Assembly (NCBI RefSeq): GCF_963921235.1
Contig: NC_086097.1
Span: 99,450,001-99,514,000 of the forward strand
DNA: 64,000 nucleotides
Source of the DNA: Mobula hypostoma
Taxonomy: Eukaryota
Direction of reading: 5' to 3'
In this document: piece after piece, positions 27,523 to 41,049 of the stretch
How positions within the stretch are numbered: position 1 is the stretch's first letter
Layout of the letters: each line of letters begins with the position of its first letter
The notes under the pieces: model-generated
The model's input: the letters and a program-made list of their open reading frames with translations, nothing else
The model's database searches: none
What the model was told of the DNA's origin: nothing
Position numbers and translations under genes: made by a program

Positions 27523-28326
27523 TGTTAGGGAGTATTCTCAATATAGCAGCTATTAATTCAAGCAAGAAGTAGTCTTCTATTTTTATTGTAAACTAGACAA
27601 CGGGTTGAGTAAATTGAAGTTAAAAGCCCATAGACTAAGAGGTATGGTTTGCAAAATGGTGACCATGAGGTGTTTGCGTATGCACATACCAAACATTCAG
27701 ACAATGGGTTGTGCTAATGGGCCTGCATCAAACCAGGCAACATGGGCTAAGTTATTTGCACCATTGTGACTTGAGTTCAAAGTTCAAAGTAAATTTATTA
27801 GCAAAGAACATTTATATCACCATATACAACCCTGAGATTCTGGTAGGCCAGACTGATGCTGTCACTTAGCATACCAAACATGGTCACAGGTATAGGCAAT
27901 CTATAGTTTTTGTGCACTCAGTATATTTGTGTACTCAGAGGCACAACATTAATTTTGGGCGTCCGGCTCTCTATTGTCAGAAGTTTTTAGAATGTCCATA
28001 CTAATTATTTTCTCCCAAGAAAGTTGATTAAACCTTCAGAGGTGTCTTGTCAGCTACAATGTGCTTCCACTGTAAATATATGTACCTCAAAGGAACCAGT
28101 TGTCAACCCAAAGTATTGAAGTAACAATGGTATCAAGAACTATTGAATCAGTATTGAATCACCTGCTGAAACCATTGATCTTAAAGGTATAAAAATGTGA
28201 TGTACTTTTAGGTTTGAGAGCCTCTACTGAGAGTATCTCCATGAGAATACCTGTTTATTGTGATGAATAGACTTCTATATCACCAGCTTCTGTGTCTCTT
28301 TGGTGACTTCGATTACTGTCACAACA
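27523..28326 (+). mobile_element. 3' LTR of the same retroelement, expanded by secondary insertions
   Basis: Shares blocks with 20708-21125 (gaagttaaaagccca, caggcaacatgggc, ggtataaaaatgtgatg, tcaccagcttc, gtcacaaca). Preceded by the purine tract aggaggg. Confidence 0.8.
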
Positions 28327-28970
28327 CTTAGAACTGAAGACTGGTTCTTGTGTGAATTAATATCTGCTATAGTCACGTAACTACCTAACAGCCCCATATG
28401 CAGTGACAGAACAGAAAACAGTATCTGTCCTCCTAATTACTGACACCTATCGCTTGAATGACCTGTGTATATGGTGCGATGGTCAACTTTCTCATCCCCT
28501 GCACTCTGTTCTCATTCACCCAGGCTGCAAGTTACAAACCACTGGACAAAGGTAGAGGCTGAGGCTTCTCTACTCCATCCTCTGAGTCCCCATGCCCACC
28601 TCACTTGCAGTCACGATCTCCTGTTCCTCTTGACTGATCAAGTATCTTAGTTAATCAAAGGGATGTGACTGATTCCTGGAACAAAGAATGGAAGGCACCT
28701 GCCCCTCCCTGTTGTATCACATTTTCCAAATCTCAGCCTTCAGCTCATCTGAGCTAAAACCTCTTGAGATGCAGACACTTACGGCAGCTGAAGTTGTCAT
28801 GAATTGCAATGCTTTTCATCAGCTCCCACACACCACACTTCCAAAACATTCTGCTATATAAATAGTATAATCTGTTTAAGTATAAAGCTTTACCACTAAT
28901 GTTGCAACCCCCAAGGTCACTTTACAATGAACACTTCATCAATGGGCAGTGTTGGAAGGGAAAACTGTAC

Positions 28971-29136
28971 CTATATTCACTGTTTCACCAGATGCTGCCT
29001 GATCAGGTGCTGGATACGAGTTCTTCCTTCTCTTTGTTTCTTGGCTTCTGTTACCGAAAACCTGATTCTTCCTGTTCTTAATGAGGATTTTGCCCAACAG
29101 TTCCTGCGGACTGGGGGTAGGAACTCTAGGCTTCAG
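28971..29136 (-). CDS. PLCB2: PLCB2-like exon, end of X domain and start of X-Y linker (LKPRVPTPSPQELLGKILIKNRKNQ...ETVNI)
   Basis: Acceptor gtggcag. PSP..L.GKILIKN.K motif. The donor is taken as AG|gtacag (phase 1), which fits the next exon. The 3' boundary is less certain. Confidence 0.85.
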
Positions 29137-29269
29137 CTGCCACAGACAAGACATGCACATTTAATATGATTTTGCTTCGTTTTTGTATTCTAACAGTATA
29201 AGTCAGCCCTGCTGGGCACGTCCTGCAGCTTGAACATTTACCATACATTACACGTGCCAAGAAGCTTAA

Positions 29270-29780
29270 TCTAGACACAAGAGAACGCAGGTACTGGAAT
29301 CCGGAGCAACAAACAATCTACAAGTAACTCAGGGGGTTGAGTAGCAACTGTGGGGTGCGTTGTGTGGGGGGTGGAGGGAGGAAGTAATTGCCGATGTTTT
29401 TGATCCAGACCCCGCATCAGGACTGGGGGTAGTGAGTGAAGATAGCCAGTATAAACCAGAGAGGGGAAGTGGTGAGACAAGGGGCCAGTAGGTGATTGGT
29501 GGACTGAGGATGGGTGAAGGAAGAATGGAGACAGGGTGAGGTTGGCAGACAGGGACATGTAGATGATATGTGCTGGTAATGCCACCTATTGTTACACCCT
29601 ACAGAGACACTTCTTGGTTTAATACACTTCTCTCCCCCCTTCTCTCCTACTGAAAATTAACCTCTCTCTTTCCCAGTTCTGATAAAGAATCCCAGACCCA
29701 AAATATTGACCATTTCTATTTCCACCAAAACTGCCTGACCTGCTGAGTTTTCTCAACATTTTGTGTTTTTCAGCACCTAC
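29270..29780. mobile_element. Degenerate Penelope-derived element with inverted ends
   Basis: Both ends resemble the 'ctgcctgacctgctgagtt' family and carry decayed CTGATGA..GAAA motifs in opposite orientations. Confidence 0.55.
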
Positions 29781-30680
29781 AGTTTGTCACTTAAATGTTG
29801 AAAGGCAAGCTCCTTCAAATGATACCAACCTAACAGCTTTGCGCAATGTGTAAACAGACTTGGCAGATGACGCGCTTCAAATGTGGGTTCAAAGTCACAG
29901 CTTCCACCACTCGACCTCAGTCATTCCCCACCCCTGGGCACCAGTTTGCCTCCACGCCTCCTGGTGGGGTATAGGTGCAGGGAGTAGGGCATTTCCTGTT
30001 GTCAAGGGGTCTCTGCATTATGTGTAGCCAGTACTGTTGAAACTATAAAGTTCACATTTCACATTACAATAATATTTGTCTTTGTTGGGTGAATTTTAAT
30101 ATTTAGTCTAATCAATTAGCATATGTGTAATCAGAGTCAGTCTCAAAAGGTCAGGCGTGTATGACGTGCATTGGATAATGGAGAAATATGGAAATTATCG
30201 TACAGCATGGTTTTAAAGGTAATATGAAAATGATGTTAGGAGAGCTATTGAAATTCATAACCCTGTTAAATGATGGGCCTCACAAGTTTGACAACTGGTT
30301 TATATTTTCCAGTGAGTGCAAAGTTCTGTCGAAAGTGAAAGCTGTGACTTTGAGCTCCCCCAGTAAATGGCACCAATACTGCAAATGCCAGTGAAGTCAA
30401 TTATTTGGAGAGCAGTCTCCCTTACAGAGAGGCTTTTTGTGAATGGGAGAAGCTGCAGAAAGCCAAACCGCCTGCTTTCTTTAACCAGCGTGTGCATAAT
30501 TAAAAGTTTCGGATACAGAACACCAGGACTTGATCAGAAGCTGAAGTTCTAGTGCAGGCCTTGCATAGCATTCTGTGTCCATCAAGTGAAAAGCCACCAT
30601 AATGCAGAGAGCCCCGCACCATAACATCACCAGCATTGCACACCCTCCGTATAAGCCCACACCCTCCAGACCATACTTAC

Positions 30681-30765
30681 TGGATATTTTTCCAAAGGCT
30701 CTGTTAGTAGCATATCTCCAAATATGGTTCGGCAGTAGTCTGCCATCTTGGCTTGCTGCTTAGGG
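30681..30765 (-). CDS. PLCB2: PLCB2-like exon, X domain ([28 protein letters not shown])
   Basis: 85-bp exon flanked by ctgacag and gtaagt. Nearly identical to recalled PLCB2 '[26 protein letters not shown]'. Confidence 0.95.
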
Positions 30766-30804
30766 CTGTCAGAAAGTGAAGAAAACCGATCAGATACGTA
30801 TTGA

Positions 30805-31290
30805 GGAAAGAGAGGAAGAAGGAGGCAATTGAGAGAAAGGGAAAGAGAGATAGAGAAAGAGGGCAAGAGAGAGAGTGAGAAAAGAGAGCAAGAATGAGAA
30901 AGAGAAAGGGAGAGAGAAAAAGAGAGGGAGAGAGGAAGGAGGGAGATAGAAGAAAGGGGAGACAGAGAAAAAGTGATTGAAAGAGAGAAAAAGGAAAAAG
31001 GAAGAGTGGGTACTCAGTTTAGGGTACTGAAGAGGTAGTGGGGTAGGAATAAGAGAGGGGAGGGGCCAAAGGGGAGCGTGTGGGAGGTGGCACAGTGGGA
31101 TGTGATAGAGAGGTGAACAGGTGTTGGACGAGGAGAGAGGGTAGGGGAGAGCGGTGGGGAGAGGAAACTGAAGGGTGAGGAGAGATACAGAATTTCAGAG
31201 GGAAGGGAGTAGGAAAGAGGGGTTGATATGGAGGGTAGGACAAGCACACTGAGGTACTGGAGAGGGAGGAAGTGGTAGGCATTCCTGGAG
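30805..31290 (+). repeat. GA-rich low-complexity tract
   Basis: Almost pure purines on the + strand, so polypyrimidine on the transcript just upstream of the 30765 acceptor. Confidence 0.8.
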
Positions 31291-32086
31291 AGAAAATGGG
31301 CACAAAGAATTATATCCTGTAGTAGTAAGAGATCACCATGAAGGACAATAAGGAAGACATTGGCAAAGGGCGCTAACCACTTTACTTCCATATAACTTTG
31401 TCCATATTGTTTCTGCACTGGAGAACAACTGATTTAGTGAGCATCAGAATCATTTGTTGAGTCATTATTATCCCATAACCCAGTGAAAGGTGGATTTCGG
31501 TATCACACTGGTGGAAACATCTTGTTCTTGGAATATATTCCCAAGGCAACTCTGCCTGTTTTTTCTGGGGTCTACAGAAGATACAGAGTAAAGCAGAATT
31601 CACAGTCAAATTTTGGCCATCACTGGGAGGACAGAGGAAATTGAGCAAAAAGACTTGTACTAATATGGGTCTTTTCACACTTCTGTCCAAAGGACTTTGC
31701 CACCAGTGGAATGGAGTCCTCAAAACGCTTTGGACATCCGGTTCTTTTTATGATGCAGGGCGTGAGACGAGCTGCTAATGCACAGCAAACTGCCACACAC
31801 AAATAGTATGTTTCACTGTTGGCTGAGGAAGGACAACTTCCCCAAGGTATTAGAATGAGATCTTCAGTGTCCATAGGGCCTCAGATTCAAGTTGGCCTTA
31901 ATTACCACAGCACCACTCTAGAAAGCTGATAGGGTGCCAATGGATTTCTAATACTGTACCAGTGATCTTCTTACTGTCTCTTATGGTACAGCACAGGGAC
32001 AAGACCCTTGGCCCACTATGCTATACCTAACTATCTAAACTAGTTCTCAAATGCCTAACTAAACTAATCCCTTTGACCTACCCAAG

Positions 32087-34780
32087 AATAGAAAGGTGCC
32101 ATCACACTAACAGGATTGTACTACAGGCTCCCCAGTAGCCACCAAAATATTGAGGGGCAGATATATAAACAGGTTAAGAAAATGTGTAAAAATGATAGGG
32201 TTGTTGACGTGGGGGATTTCAACTTCACTAATATATAAACTAGGCCGGTTGGTGGCGTAGTGGCATCAGCGCCGGACTTCAGAGCGAAGGCTCCCAAGTT
32301 TGAATCCAGCCGGCTCGCTTGCACGCTTTCCATCCAGGCTGGGTTGAGCGTCAAGCTAGCAACTCGGTCTCATAAAAATAAGAAAGCCTGCTTAAAAAAA
32401 CACCGTCATGATGGCGTCCCAATGACTCCACTCGGAGTTAAGGGCTTTCTTCTTCAATATATATAAACTGGGACCTTCTTAATGCAAGATGTTTAGAATG
32501 GGCAGAATTTGTTAAGTATATCCAAAAGAGTTTCTTAAATCAATATGTAGACGGTCCAATGAGTGGAGGGGCTGTACTGGACCTTGTGTTGTGCAATAAG
32601 TCTGGCTAAGTGACTGATTTTTCAGTGGGTGAACAGTGACCACAAATCCTTAACATTCAGAATAGCTACAGATAAGGATAGGTACGGTCCTTGTGGGAGA
32701 GTTTTAAACTGGAGTAGGGGAAATTATTAGGCAGGAACTAAGAAGAGTTCATTGGGAACATCTTTTCTCTGGCAAGTCCACATCAGACATCTGGAGGGTG
32801 TTTAAAGATCAATTGCACAGAGTACAGGAAAGGTGTGCTCCTGTTCGAAGGAAGGACGGGGATGGAAAGATGAGAGAACCTTGGATGTCCAGAGAGGTCA
32901 TGAATCTAGTCAAGAGGAGAAGGGGAAAGTATGTGAAGCTTCGGAACTTAGGATCAAACAGAAAACATGAGGATTATAAAGAAGCCAGAAAAGAACTAAA
33001 TAAGGGAATTAGGAAATCCAGGAGGGGCCATGAGAAGTCCTTGCAAGTAGGATTAGGGTGAATCCAAAGGCATTCTATATATACATCAAGAGTAAGAGGA
33101 TAACTAGGGAGAGGGTGGGACCATTCAAGGATAAAGCGGGGGGGAACATTTGCTTGGATGTGGAGAATACAATTGAGGTACTTAATGAGTATTTTGCTTC
33201 AGTATTTATTAAAGAAAAGGTCATGGAGACGTGGAGATCAGTGCTGAGTGTATAAATACATTAGGGTGTTTAGAGATCAAGGAGAAGGAAGTGTTGGGTC
33301 TCCTAATGACTATTAAGGTGGATAAGTCCCCAGGGCCTAATGGGATTTACCCCAGGTTATTGAAGGAGGCAAGAGACAAGATTGCTGGTCCCTTGACCAG
33401 TATCTGTGTGTCCTCTCTAGCCATAGTCGAGGTCCCGGAGGACTAGTGAGTGGCTAATGCTGTACCTCTATTTAAGAAGGGAAGAAGGGAAAATTCCGGG
33501 AACTATAGACCAGTGAATGTCATGTCAGACATAGGGAAATTGCTGGAGAAAATTTTTAGGGGTAGGATATAGGATATATTTGGAATCCCATGGCTTATTA
33601 AGGAAGAGTCAGCATGGCTTTGTGTGATGCAGGTTGTGTCTTACCAACTTGATTGAATATTTTGACAAAGTGGCAAGAGGGACTGATAAAGGTAGGGCAG
33701 TGGATGCTGTCTGTATGGATTTTAGTAAAGCACTTGACAAGGTCCCTCAAGCCAAAAGATTAAGATGCACGGGGTCCGTGGTGAATTGGCTGTTTGAATT
33801 CAGAACCAGCTTGTGCGTAGAAGATAGAGGGTAGTGGTTGAAGGGACCTATTCAAGATGGAGGTCTGTAATTAGTGGTGTTCTGCAGGGATCTGTGCTGG
33901 GATCGCTGCTATTTGTGATGTACAGTATATAAATGACCTGGATGAAAATGTAGATGTGTGGATCAGTAAGTTTGCGGGTGAAACCAAGATTGGTGGAGTT
34001 GTAGATAGTGTACAAGACTGGCAGAGAATGTAACATGATATAGATCAGTTGACGATATGGGCAGAGATATGGCAGATGCAGTTTAATCCAGATAAATGTG
34101 AGGTAGGGCAAATACAAGGAGACAGTACGGTGTTCAGGGCAAGACCCTTCACAGTGTTGCTGAGCAGAAAGATCTTGAGGTTCGTGTAGGTGGCTACACA
34201 GGGCGATAGGGTGGTTAAGGAGGATAATGGTTTTATCAGTCGAGACATTGAGTTCAAAAGAAAAAGCCCTTATGTTGCAACTTTATAAACTCTGTTTAGG
34301 CCACATCTGAAGTATTGTGTACAGTTCTGCTCACCCAACTATAGGAAGGATGTTGAGGCTTTGGAGATGGTGCAGAAGAGGCTTACCAGGATGCTGTCTG
34401 GTCTAGAGGACATGTTCTGTCATGAGAAGCTGGACAAACTTGGGCTGTTTTCTCTGGAGCCATGGAGGCTGAGGAGAAACCAGAGGGTATGCATAGAAGG
34501 TGAGAGAGGGTAAGTTCAAAGAGGATGTGAGGGGTAAGTTTTTTACTCGGAGAGTGGTGGATGCCTGGAATACATTGCCTGTATATGATAGAGGCAAAAT
34601 TAGAGGCTCTCAAGGGACATTTAGATAGGTACATGAATATGAGGAAGATGGAGGGATATAGACATTGTAGGGAGAAGGAATTAGTTTTTTGGGGGGGCGT
34701 TGATTTACTTTTTAGCTGGTTCAGCACAACATGATGGGCTGAAGGGCCTGTTCCTGTGCTGTACTCCTCTAAGTTCTATG
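32087..34780 (+). mobile_element. Degraded CR1 LINE
   Basis: Fragmented ORF2 peptides (NPKAFY, KSPGPNG, DFSKALDKVP) and a CR1 3' tail. Confidence 0.88.
32242..32455 (+). mobile_element. tRNA-derived SINE inserted in CR1, with target-site duplication
   Basis: A/B boxes (tggcgtagtgg, gtttgaatcc), a (ttc)n tail, and the flanking direct repeat atatataaact. Confidence 0.85.
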
Positions 34781-34947
34781 AGCTCTGTGATTTGGGGTGG
34801 TAAGGCCAGGTTTATCAAAAGCTCAGCTATACAGTGAATGGGTTGTTGTTCACAGTTTCAACACCCAACTTTTAAACCCCACTGCTCTCTTTCTGAATCC
34901 ATTATCTTCCCGTTAAAAACTCAAATCAAAGAGTCAAATTTACTTAC

Positions 34948-35030
34948 GAGTCAATGTGATTCTCAAAGGACAGGATGACTGGGTACTGGGAGGTTTTGAA
35001 AGCGCTCTCTGCTATGGCCTCGATCACATC
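34948..35030 (-). CDS. PLCB2: PLCB2-like exon, X domain (DVIEAIAESAFKTSQYPVILSFENHID)
   Basis: 83-bp exon read manually, flanked by gtgacag and gtaagt. ILSFENH motif. Confidence 0.95.
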
Positions 35031-36324
35031 CTGTCACAAGAAATATTCATAACAATTTCATTTCCAATAAATGTTGACTGTTATATTCAGTTGGTTACAC
35101 TCAGGCATTGAACTACAGGCCTTCATGAGAAGACCATTCTGCCCGTCGTGCTGGCACTACTATTTATCAAGATCACGGATACTCTGCTGAATTTCATTTA
35201 CCTGCCTAAGCTTGATTTTCCTCTAGAACCTCGCTTAATTGTTTATCTAATGCTATTTACCTGTGACACTGCTGCAAGTAAGTTTTTCAGACATACACTT
35301 GTGCAGATGGCAATGAACCCGACTTTGATTCTGACATCTTGAAACTCTTGAATGTTGTGCTTCATGATCATCACCACACCATCATCGTCGTTATGTGCTG
35401 TGTCATATGACGTGAGCCATCATGCTCTTCTATTCATGACCATGATTATTCTGGGTAAATTTTTCTACAGAACTGGTTTGCCATTGCTTTCTTCTGGGCA
35501 GTGTCTTTACAAGTCGGGTGACCCCATCAATTACCAGTACTCTTCAGAGATTGTCTGCCTGGCATCAGTGGTCAAATAACCAGGACTTGTGATTTGTGAT
35601 ATACCCCATCTATCGCCTGCTTCCAGCGCTTCACGTGACCCTGATCGGGCTGATAAGCAGGTGCTACAACTTGCCTAAGGGTGACCTGCAGGCTAGCGGA
35701 GGAAGGAGAGCCTTACACCTCCTTTGGTAGCGACGTATCCCCACCCTGCCACCCTGTATTCAGCCTAGCCCTAATTTTGTCCTGCTCCCTTGTGGATTTC
35801 CTCACCAGTGTGATAGCGTCTCTGAATGACGATATGGGAATTAGAAGCAGGCGTAGGCCATTTAGTCTCTTCTGACTCAATGTTTTACCACAGCACCACC
35901 TAGCTGCGTTAGCCCCACACCCCTCAATTCCTCTACCATACTCAGTCTTAAGCACACACGGCAACCAATCCTCCACACTTCCCTCGGTAGAGAACTCCTG
36001 AGAGCTACCACTCTCTGCTGAAGGATCTTTTTTCATCTCTGTCCTGAATGGTAGACTTTTTAATTTTGAGATAGTGACCTTGACCCAGACTTTTCACTCA
36101 GAGAGACTAATCCATGTTTATTCTGTCAAAACCTGTAAGAATCTTGTACATTATCTCTCATTCTTTGAAACTCAATCTACCCAATGTCTCCTCTTATGAA
36201 AACATTTGATCCAAGGAACCTATCTGGTGAACTATCACAAGTATATTCTTCCCTTGGTGGGGAAATTGACCCCACACATAGTATATTCCATATACAGTGT
36301 CACTGAGCTCCCATTTAATTGTAG

Positions 36325-36420
36325 CAACACACATCAAAGTTGCTGGTGAACGCAGCAGGCCAGGCAGCATCTCTAGGAAGAGGTACAGTCGACGTTTCAG
36401 GCCGAAACCCTTCGTCAGGA
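36325..36420 (-). mobile_element. Short Penelope-derived element with hammerhead core
   Basis: Near-identical to the 46044 arm. The minus strand reads CTGACGA-AGGGTTTCGGCCT-GAAACGTC-GACTG. Confidence 0.75.
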
Positions 36421-36770
36421 AGGTCCTTTGAAGGTCCAGGAAGGGTCAGACAAGCCTCCATACCATTTCTTATCCACTTATATCATTCAGTTTCTCGTTA
36501 CTCTCCAACATCACAGATCTTCCTCTGTTCTGTCTACAGCCTCCCCTTTCTCTGCAACTGAAAATGTTTGATTTCTATCTTTTCTATATTGCAATGAAAG
36601 TTCAACAACTGAAACATTATCTCTGTTTATCTCTCCACAGATGCTGCCTGACCTCTTGAATATTACCAGCATTCTCTATTTTATTTCAAAAATCAAAGGT
36701 TTGAGCCATCACTTAAATAAGACTGTCTCCTAGACCGTGTGATATTCTTAGGGAGAATTTGTGAAGTTAC

Positions 36771-36928
36771 CTTGAACAGGATTTCTGTTGTCATGGTGTA
36801 ACCGTGTGTGATGATGGGCTCCTCCTCGGGTGGCTTGCCTTTCCAACAGTCAAGCTCCAGACAGCGACACCCAGCAAGGAGGACCTGCCGATACATCTCC
36901 GGGGATGAAAGCCCAGAGAACTGCCCGG
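36771..36928 (-). CDS. PLCB2: PLCB2-like exon, X domain ([53 protein letters not shown])
   Basis: 158-bp exon flanked by cacacag and gtaact. GCRC.ELDCW and THG motifs. AGQFSGLSS and KGKPP are PLCB2-like. Confidence 0.95.
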
Positions 36929-39900
36929 CTGTGTGGACAGCAGAGAAGATCAACATTAAAGGGAGGAACACTCACGGACTCTTTGGCTGAACAGAGAATA
37001 CTCAAGAAGAACGTGATTCATCACTGAGTGTTTGTTCAGCAGTTCTACACAAGATCTGCACACACCATGGAATACAGGACCAGAATTCGGCCATTCAGCC
37101 CAGCAAGTCTGCTCTCCTACTCAATCACTGCTGATTTTGTTTTCAACTCCAACTCTTTCTCTGTCAAGAACTTATCAATCTCTGCTTTAATCATACCAAA
37201 TGACTTGACCTACACAACCTTCTGTGGCAACAGATTGCACTCTGGCTGGGAGAAATTCCTCCCCATTTCAGTTTGAAAGGAACATGCCTTTATGCCCTCA
37301 GATCCTAGACTCTCCGACTACTGGAAATATCCTAACCATGGCCATACTATCCACCAGGCCTTTCGGTATCCACTAGGAGATTCCCCCCCCCCCCCCACTT
37401 CATCTTCTGAAGTCTGTCAAGGAGAGAACCATCAAGAACTCCTCATATATTAAGTTTTTCATTCCAGGTGAAACTCCTCCAGAGGTGGCACATTTTTCCA
37501 TAGATACAGGGCCTCAAATTGCACACCATATTCCAAATACGGTCTGAACACCTTATAAACCCTCAGCAGTGCATTTTGTTTTTATATTCTAGTCCTCTCG
37601 AAGTCAATACTACTGCTGCATTTGTCTTCCCTACTACTACACATCTACTCAGTACAAGTTTCCATTAATGAATACATGTTCAGATGTGCCACACGTGTTC
37701 TGCACACACACGATCAATATGGACACAAGGCCTTCTTTGCTTTGCATTGGGGGAGCTAAAACAGTGTTTTGCAGGATGCTAAAGCTGTTTTTTAACATGC
37801 CAGTTTGGTGTGCATCTTCAAACGTGACTGCATTTGACCATGCAACTGCAACCTCAAGAATCAACGAGACAGTCCAACCACACAAGCAGCACTTCTGATG
37901 CAGTAGACCGGAGGGATATAGATTGCTGAGACACTAGAACCAGTTCTGGAGAAGGTGGGACCTGGACAAGCAAGGGGTGTTTGTTAGTACTTTTGGAGAA
38001 GGTTTCTAAAATGGGATAAAGTGCATAGTGACTAGGGAGAGAGAAGTAAGGATGAGTGAAAGGAAAGAAACAGCAGGATATGAAGATAGGGAAATGAAGG
38101 TCGAGGCAAATAGAGGCACAGCACAAAAAATGTCGGATGATTGGGAGAAAAAACCTGGGCTAGAGATGTTTTATCCATTTGGGTAGATGTTAAAAACAGC
38201 AAGGGAAAGAAGGCACTGGTAGGAGTAGTGCATGGGTCTGTAACCAGAGGCTGCACTGGGAAAAATCAATAATTAATGACAACATGTAAAAAGAGCAGTG
38301 CACTGATTATGACAGAATTCAATACTTATGTAGATTGAGTTGATCAAGTTGGAAATGGTAGCTCTGAGAACTAATTCCAGAGTGCATTGAAGATACATCC
38401 AAACACCAATATACTATGGAGTCAGCATGGGAGGTGGCTGTCATCAACAACTGACATGACCTCATGGGAAAACTAGCAAGGGATAGATAAATGGAAATGA
38501 TTTTCTTTAAATGTGTAAAAAGGAGAACGTGGTCCATGTGAACATAGCCCCTTAGAGAAAAATGTCGGGGAAATAGTTGTTGGGAACAAGAAAATGGCAG
38601 AGCAGTTAAACAGGTTTTTATGGTAGACAATATTACGAACATCCCATTAATAATGAATAATGCTAGGGAAGAATTAAAAGCAATTTCCGAGAGTAGAGAA
38701 CCAGTACTTGGGAAAATAATGGCTAAAGCCTAATATTCTCTATACTGATCAGCAGGACTTTCCTGCTTTCATACTCCAACCCCCATGAAATAAGGAACAG
38801 CGTTCTATTAGTGTTTTTGTGTGGTTATGTTCGTGTTTCAAGCACCTGGGCTCCCACATTTCTTCCATATGCAGCTTTTTGCAGTTTTTTGCCTCTTAAA
38901 TAGCTCTCCTTCCGTGTTTCTTCCCAAAGTGAACGACTCACATTTTCCCACCTTATGCTTGACCTATTTGATTTTTGCTCAGCTACCTACCTAACCTATT
39001 ATTATCTCTCTGTGAATTATTTATATCTTCTTCAGAACTTGCCTTTACACATATTTTTGTCTGCAAATCTGAAAATGCATGTTCATAACCTTCCTAGGAA
39101 TCTAGTAAATGGTTGCAACACCAGAACTGTTTGCAGTGGTATCCCAACAGATTAGCAACCTGTGAAACGGAGACACCTCTTTTTCCCTTATTAACAGGAG
39201 AGTGAGCCTGTGGTATGTCGAGCACCGGGTGAATGAGTAGTCTTTGGAGTACTGCAGGTCTGTGTCTTTGCTGTTGCTTTGCTGCACGCTTGAGTGCTCG
39301 GTGGTGAGTGCCAATGCTTTTTTTTGCCGGTGGCGGTGGGGGGAATTGTTGCTTGCTGCCGCTTACGCGCAGGAGAGAGGGTTGCTGGGGGAACTTTGAC
39401 ATTCTAACATTTACCTGTCATTCATTCTTTGGGGCACACCTCTGTTTTCATGGATGGTTGCGAACAAAAAGCATTTCAGGAAGTATATTGTATACATTTC
39501 CCTGATAATAATTTCCTTTGATAATAATCTCCTTTTCCCCTACTATCTGCTTCCTATCTGTTGGTGAATCCTTTATCCATGCCAACATGTCAGACCCAAC
39601 ACCACAGGTGCTTGTGACTCCACCTCAAGTGAGGAATCCAGTTAATTGTTGTCTGGAAATCCAAACTCAGTACATCTCCTGGTTCACTCCATCCACAATA
39701 GTGAAACTTCCTCCAAAAAACTTAATAAATCGGTCAGGGACCATTTCCCTTTGTGTAGCTATTCACGGCATTCAGGAAGACCACATCTGGAGTAATGTAA
39801 ATGGTTTTGATTCCTCTCTTTAAGATACGGTTCAGACTTCACCAGGATTGTCCTGCTAGAAGAGTTAAACAGATTGGGATTCCAGTCAGCACAGTGATTC

Positions 39901-41049
39901 AGGGTAAACACAACCAAGCATTTCTGTCAACCTGAAGATCTAGCTCTTTGTATTATGCTCTCAACAGCGTTTGGCTGATTTTCGAAACAAGTTGCACAAA
40001 GCAATCACTAGACCATTAAGCCAGTTAACCAAAAGTTTGGCTAAAACAGTTGGCCAAAAACAGCAGCGTAAAGGAGAGGAGCGAGGTGGGAATTGAGTGG
40101 TTTGAGAGTGGAATTCCTGAGCTTGTTGCAGCAGGAGCTACAGGTACTGTCTACCGTTAGGCGTACGGTTAGTTCCTATATCAACAAGAGACCATACAAT
40201 GCATATTATTGATTCTCTTATGTAAGAAAGTGTGCTAAAACTCTGATAGCCTTTCAGAGAAAGTTGACGACAAATAGCTGGAATGGACTGGTTGTTTTCA
40301 AGAGGACAGGATAGAACTAGAGTTTAGGAGAGAGTGAGAGGATTCAACTGATATAGGAACCTGGGGGTCTTAATAAAGTGGATGTGAAAGAATCTAGAAT
40401 GAGAGGCCACTATTTAAAGATAAAATGATGTTCATTTAAAACTGAGATGAGGTGATTTTTTTATATCTCTCTCAGAGGGGTGTGAAACTTTGACATTCTC
40501 TTCCATAAAGCAATATATATTTGGGAGGTAAATTGATTCTTGAAGCAAGAGTATAGCTGGTGACAGGATTTCAAAGCTGAGGTTACAGCCATATTGTCCT
40601 GGATCTTCCTAAATGGTGGAATTGGCCTGAAGGGTGGAGTAACCTGCTCATACTTCTGATTCATATATTATGGGAGGACGGAGATGACACAGGGGTTGTA
40701 GGCTGGAGGAGATTGCATGAAAAGGAAAGGGCTATTTAAGTATTGAGCTATTTAAGATCAAAATTTGTTTTTAACCAGGAGCTAAAGTAGGCCAGCAAAC
40801 AAGGGGATAGGAGCAAGTCAGGACAAGGACAGCACAGGCTTGAAGGATTTCAGAGGAGGCCATTGGAATAGTCAAGTTTAGTGGTAATAAAGGCATAGAT
40901 GATCACAAACAAGAGGAAATCTGCAGGTGCTGGAAATCCGAGCAACATGCACAAAGTGTTGGAGGAACTCAGCAGGCCAGGCAGCATCTACAGAAAAGAG
41001 TACAGTTGACCTTTTGGGCTGAGACCCTTCATCAGAACTCACAAAGTGT

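Noticed and set aside
31300..31900. Unique-looking sequence with short ORFs, possibly a decayed transposase
   Set aside because: No recognisable motif, so no call can be supported without a database search.
32242..32315. tRNA gene
   Set aside because: It has A/B boxes but continues into a SINE body with tail and TSD, and no convincing cloverleaf forms.
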